A stretch of DNA of 53,415 nt from NCBI GenBank assembly GCA_002269645.1, contig NIVC01003551.1:38309-91723 (forward strand). The letters run 5' to 3'. Below the pieces are notes generated by a model. The model was not told the origin of the DNA, made no database searches, and saw only the letters and a list, made by a program, of their open reading frames with translations. A program made the position numbers and the translations under genes. The DNA is from Macrostomum lignano. Taxonomy: Eukaryota. Shown in pieces: positions 50,570 to 53,415 of this stretch (positions within the stretch are counted from its first letter, which is position 1; every line of letters begins with the position of its first letter).

Positions 50570-51949
50570 AACTTCTTTCAACTTCTGTTCCAAGGAGTCC
50601 CGAAAGAGAGCGCAGGTCAAAACCAAATTGCGAAAAATCAATAAATAGAGCCATGTATATTTTATAGAATAATCGACAGTTCTTGTTTTTCCATACGTTC
50701 TATTGCATATTTCTAGTGTTATTTCGTGGGGGTAGGTGATGTACAGCGGTGTCGAACATATTTCAAAGTGGGGGGGGGGGGCTATTGGTGGGAGCTGGGC
50801 ACATTGCATATACATTTTTGTAATATAAGGGCACCCTAAACTCCTGATGTTATGTCAGTTTGTGACATTGTGACAACCAGGCCAATATTTCAATTTCAAT
50901 AATGTGTTGTAAGTGGTCAAAAGTCTGAAAACGCTCGAATTTTCAACTGACTCAAACATTGCGCGACTCGATTAGGCCTAAAGCCCCAAATCCCAGGATC
51001 ACAATTGTCTGGGATTCAATAATCCCGGCATTGACCATCGGGATCCCGATCCCGCTTCGCAATAATTCAATCATTCATTCTCGAATCTCGAGCAGTAGTA
51101 TCTGCAGCTGAGCTACTGTCAGGTGAAAACCCAGTTGTCCTGCTTTGGTTTATTAATCTTTTAAGCGTACAGGCTAGTGAGAAGGCTGAGGCTGCAGGGA
51201 TACAAAACTAAAGCTGTTGGCAGATCGTAAGGAGATTTCAGGTGTAATTATGTGCGTGCAGCTGTATGCATATGGTACTTGCAGACAAATGTAATTATTA
51301 TTCTAAAACCTGTGCACAGAGCCTAAAGCAACAGAAGCCAAGTCCTCATTGTTTCCGATCAATGTTCATTTGAACTCTCCCTCGACGAGCTATCTCAAAC
51401 TCAGCTAAAATCAGGGGTCTCGACCTTGCACAGATCAGATCAGAAGCCTCCTATGCGGAAGCCTCATTCTCAGCACTGTCAGGACACCCTTTCGATGCCC
51501 AGCATAGGGGTGGTGGCGGAACTACTTTAAGCAGTCCCTACCTTCAAAACTCCTTGGCCGTAGTTGGGTTTAGAACAGTGGGACCTTGCTATCGGACCCC
51601 CCACAACCCAAGCTACCAATTCTCCCTCTAGGGCGGGTGACCCTGGGAGGGTGAGGTCTGATCGATCTTCTACCCTCGTACAGTACCTCGGGCCATAGCT
51701 CTGTAACTATCGATCCCCAGGTCACAATCAAGTGTGATTTTCCTGAGCTGATGCTCTGGCATGTAAAAAAGCACGTTTTTTACTTATAGCCCGTACAATA
51801 CACTCGAATTTGCAAGTTTCTTACTTACAAAATATTTTATTCTGTTCTATTTTATTATTGAAAGCCCTTTAAAATCAGGTTAGATGGCTTTCGTAAACCA
51901 AAATTGCACCAACAAAGATTATAAACTTTTTCAATCCGGGATCCCAAGA

Positions 51950-53415
51950 TCCCAGCGCCCTGCTGTGCTGATGCGGACGCGAGGACCAACGTCCCGATTG
52001 GCACTGCGCAGACTGACCGTCCCGCCTCGCCCGCGGCTCCCGGCCGACAGCTCAGGAAGCCTACCCGGCGAGCTGCCGCCCCCGACAGCACGCGGCGGCG
52101 TGCTCATTCTCCTTTGTGAAGACATCGCCTCCAGCAACCCCGCGGCTCCACTCACGGTGCCCTTGACCTCGCCACGTGCACGGCCCGTGGGTACGTGGTA
52201 ACGTCGGGCTGGCCAGTGTGCATGCCCCACCCACCAGCAGCCAGCGGCCCGGGGAGACGTGGGCCCGGACTTCAACGAAATCCCGGTTTTAAGTTTGTAT
52301 AATTGGCGGGGACTTCAACGCGCATGGCAGTTGGGATGCGGACGCGCCCAGCGACGATCGCGGCGCCACCCTGGAGGAATGGGCCGCCGGCTGCAACCCC
52401 AAACCCTGCACCGGCGCAAGTCGCCCGGACCGCCAGGATCCGCGCCCTCCTACCGTGTCCGTGCGCTCCTCCTAGCACCCGGACTCGACCAGGATCGCGG
52501 CCCTCCTACCGTGTCCGTGCGCTCCTCCTAGCACGTCGACGAGGACCTCGGCTCCGACCACCTGCCGATCTGCTTTACCGTCAGGAAGCGTCGGAGGACC
52601 CCCAGCCCGGCGCCCTCGCTGTGTCTTTCAAGAGAGCCGAAGGGAGTTTCAAATATATCGCTCCAGAGGACCTGCGAGCAGCACCCACACTGTCGCCGCA
52701 GTAGCGACGCGCCTATAACCTCCTGTGCGCGGACATCCTGCGCGCCGCTGACGCCTCCATCCCCAGGGGTGCAGACCTGCGCGCGCAGAAATCCTTCTGG
52801 AATGAAGAGTGCGACACCGCTTAAAAGAACTGCGCGAAGCCCGCAAGAACGTCGCTAACACCCCTTCGGATAGCAACCTTGAGCTCTTCGGACAAGCACG
52901 GTACGTTTCGCAAGACAATATACGAAGCTAAGCGCAGCTTTCTGGGATCAGACCTGCAATGACCTCGACCTCAACTCCGACATTTTCCGCATATTGCGCA
53001 ACCATCCGTGACGACGGCCCCGCGGCCCGATCGAGCGCCGCCATCACGTACATCACCGCTCTGGACGCACCCGCATCGCCGTCACCGATCGCCGAAAAAT
53101 CCAACCTCTTCGCGGCATCTATGTTCGGAATCCAGACTCGAGCACGGCCGAGAACGATGGGCGAGTCCGCGCGGAAGCCAACTGCTACCTCAAAATTTAC
53201 CCCAGCGGCGGCCCAGGACTCCCCGGTCGAACGTGACTTCTGCACCGGCGAACTTAGGACCGCCCTCCGCGTCTCAAATCCGGGAAAGCCGCCGATGGCG
53301 TCGCAAATGAAATGCTTAAGCACCTCCCCGCCGCGCCGCAGAGCTACGTCTCCTAGATCTCTTTGAACGATGTCTGGAGAGGCAGCGCGATCCAGGCCGG
53401 GTGTCGGCGCGCCAC
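51950..53415 (+). pseudogene. Decayed non-LTR retrotransposon (LINE) ORF2: APE endonuclease to pre-RT region, cut by window end
   Basis: GGDFNAHGSW, PSYR, LRADILRAADASIPRG, KSFWNEEC, DFCTGELRTAL and LLDLF motifs across several frames with stops. Confidence 0.82.

Overview
Eukaryotic (metazoan, intron-containing) genomic DNA. The GC-rich Ala/Gly-rich exons and huge GTCT arrays resemble a free-living flatworm such as Macrostomum, but I cannot verify the host from sequence. Bases 1 to ~9.8 kb are a Polinton/Maverick (adintovirus-like) element bounded by terminal inverted repeats; the left TIR is cut by the window edge. All its genes are on the minus strand: packaging ATPase, adenain-type protease, major and minor capsid proteins, RVE integrase with chromodomain, two small membrane/core-type proteins and several ORFans. 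It has no protein-primed DNA polymerase. It does carry a divergent TATA-binding-protein-like ORF, and the motif (C/T)TATAAATA sits upstream of six consecutive genes, suggesting a self-encoded late-transcription module. Most core genes carry one or two frameshifts, mostly 1-bp indels in short homopolymer runs. The rest is host DNA: a Gypsy integrase remnant split by a minisatellite, an NHL-repeat gene, a small secreted WSC protein, a hAT-type non-autonomous element filled with a minisatellite, a secreted helical protein, a single-WW yorkie/YAP gene, a YADF-repeat neuropeptide precursor (its peptide-coding frame is absent from the ORF track), an atypical Rab-like GTPase with a 4.4-kb (GTCT)n intron, and a decayed LINE at the right edge. 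Family calls come from visual motif recognition; no database searches were run.
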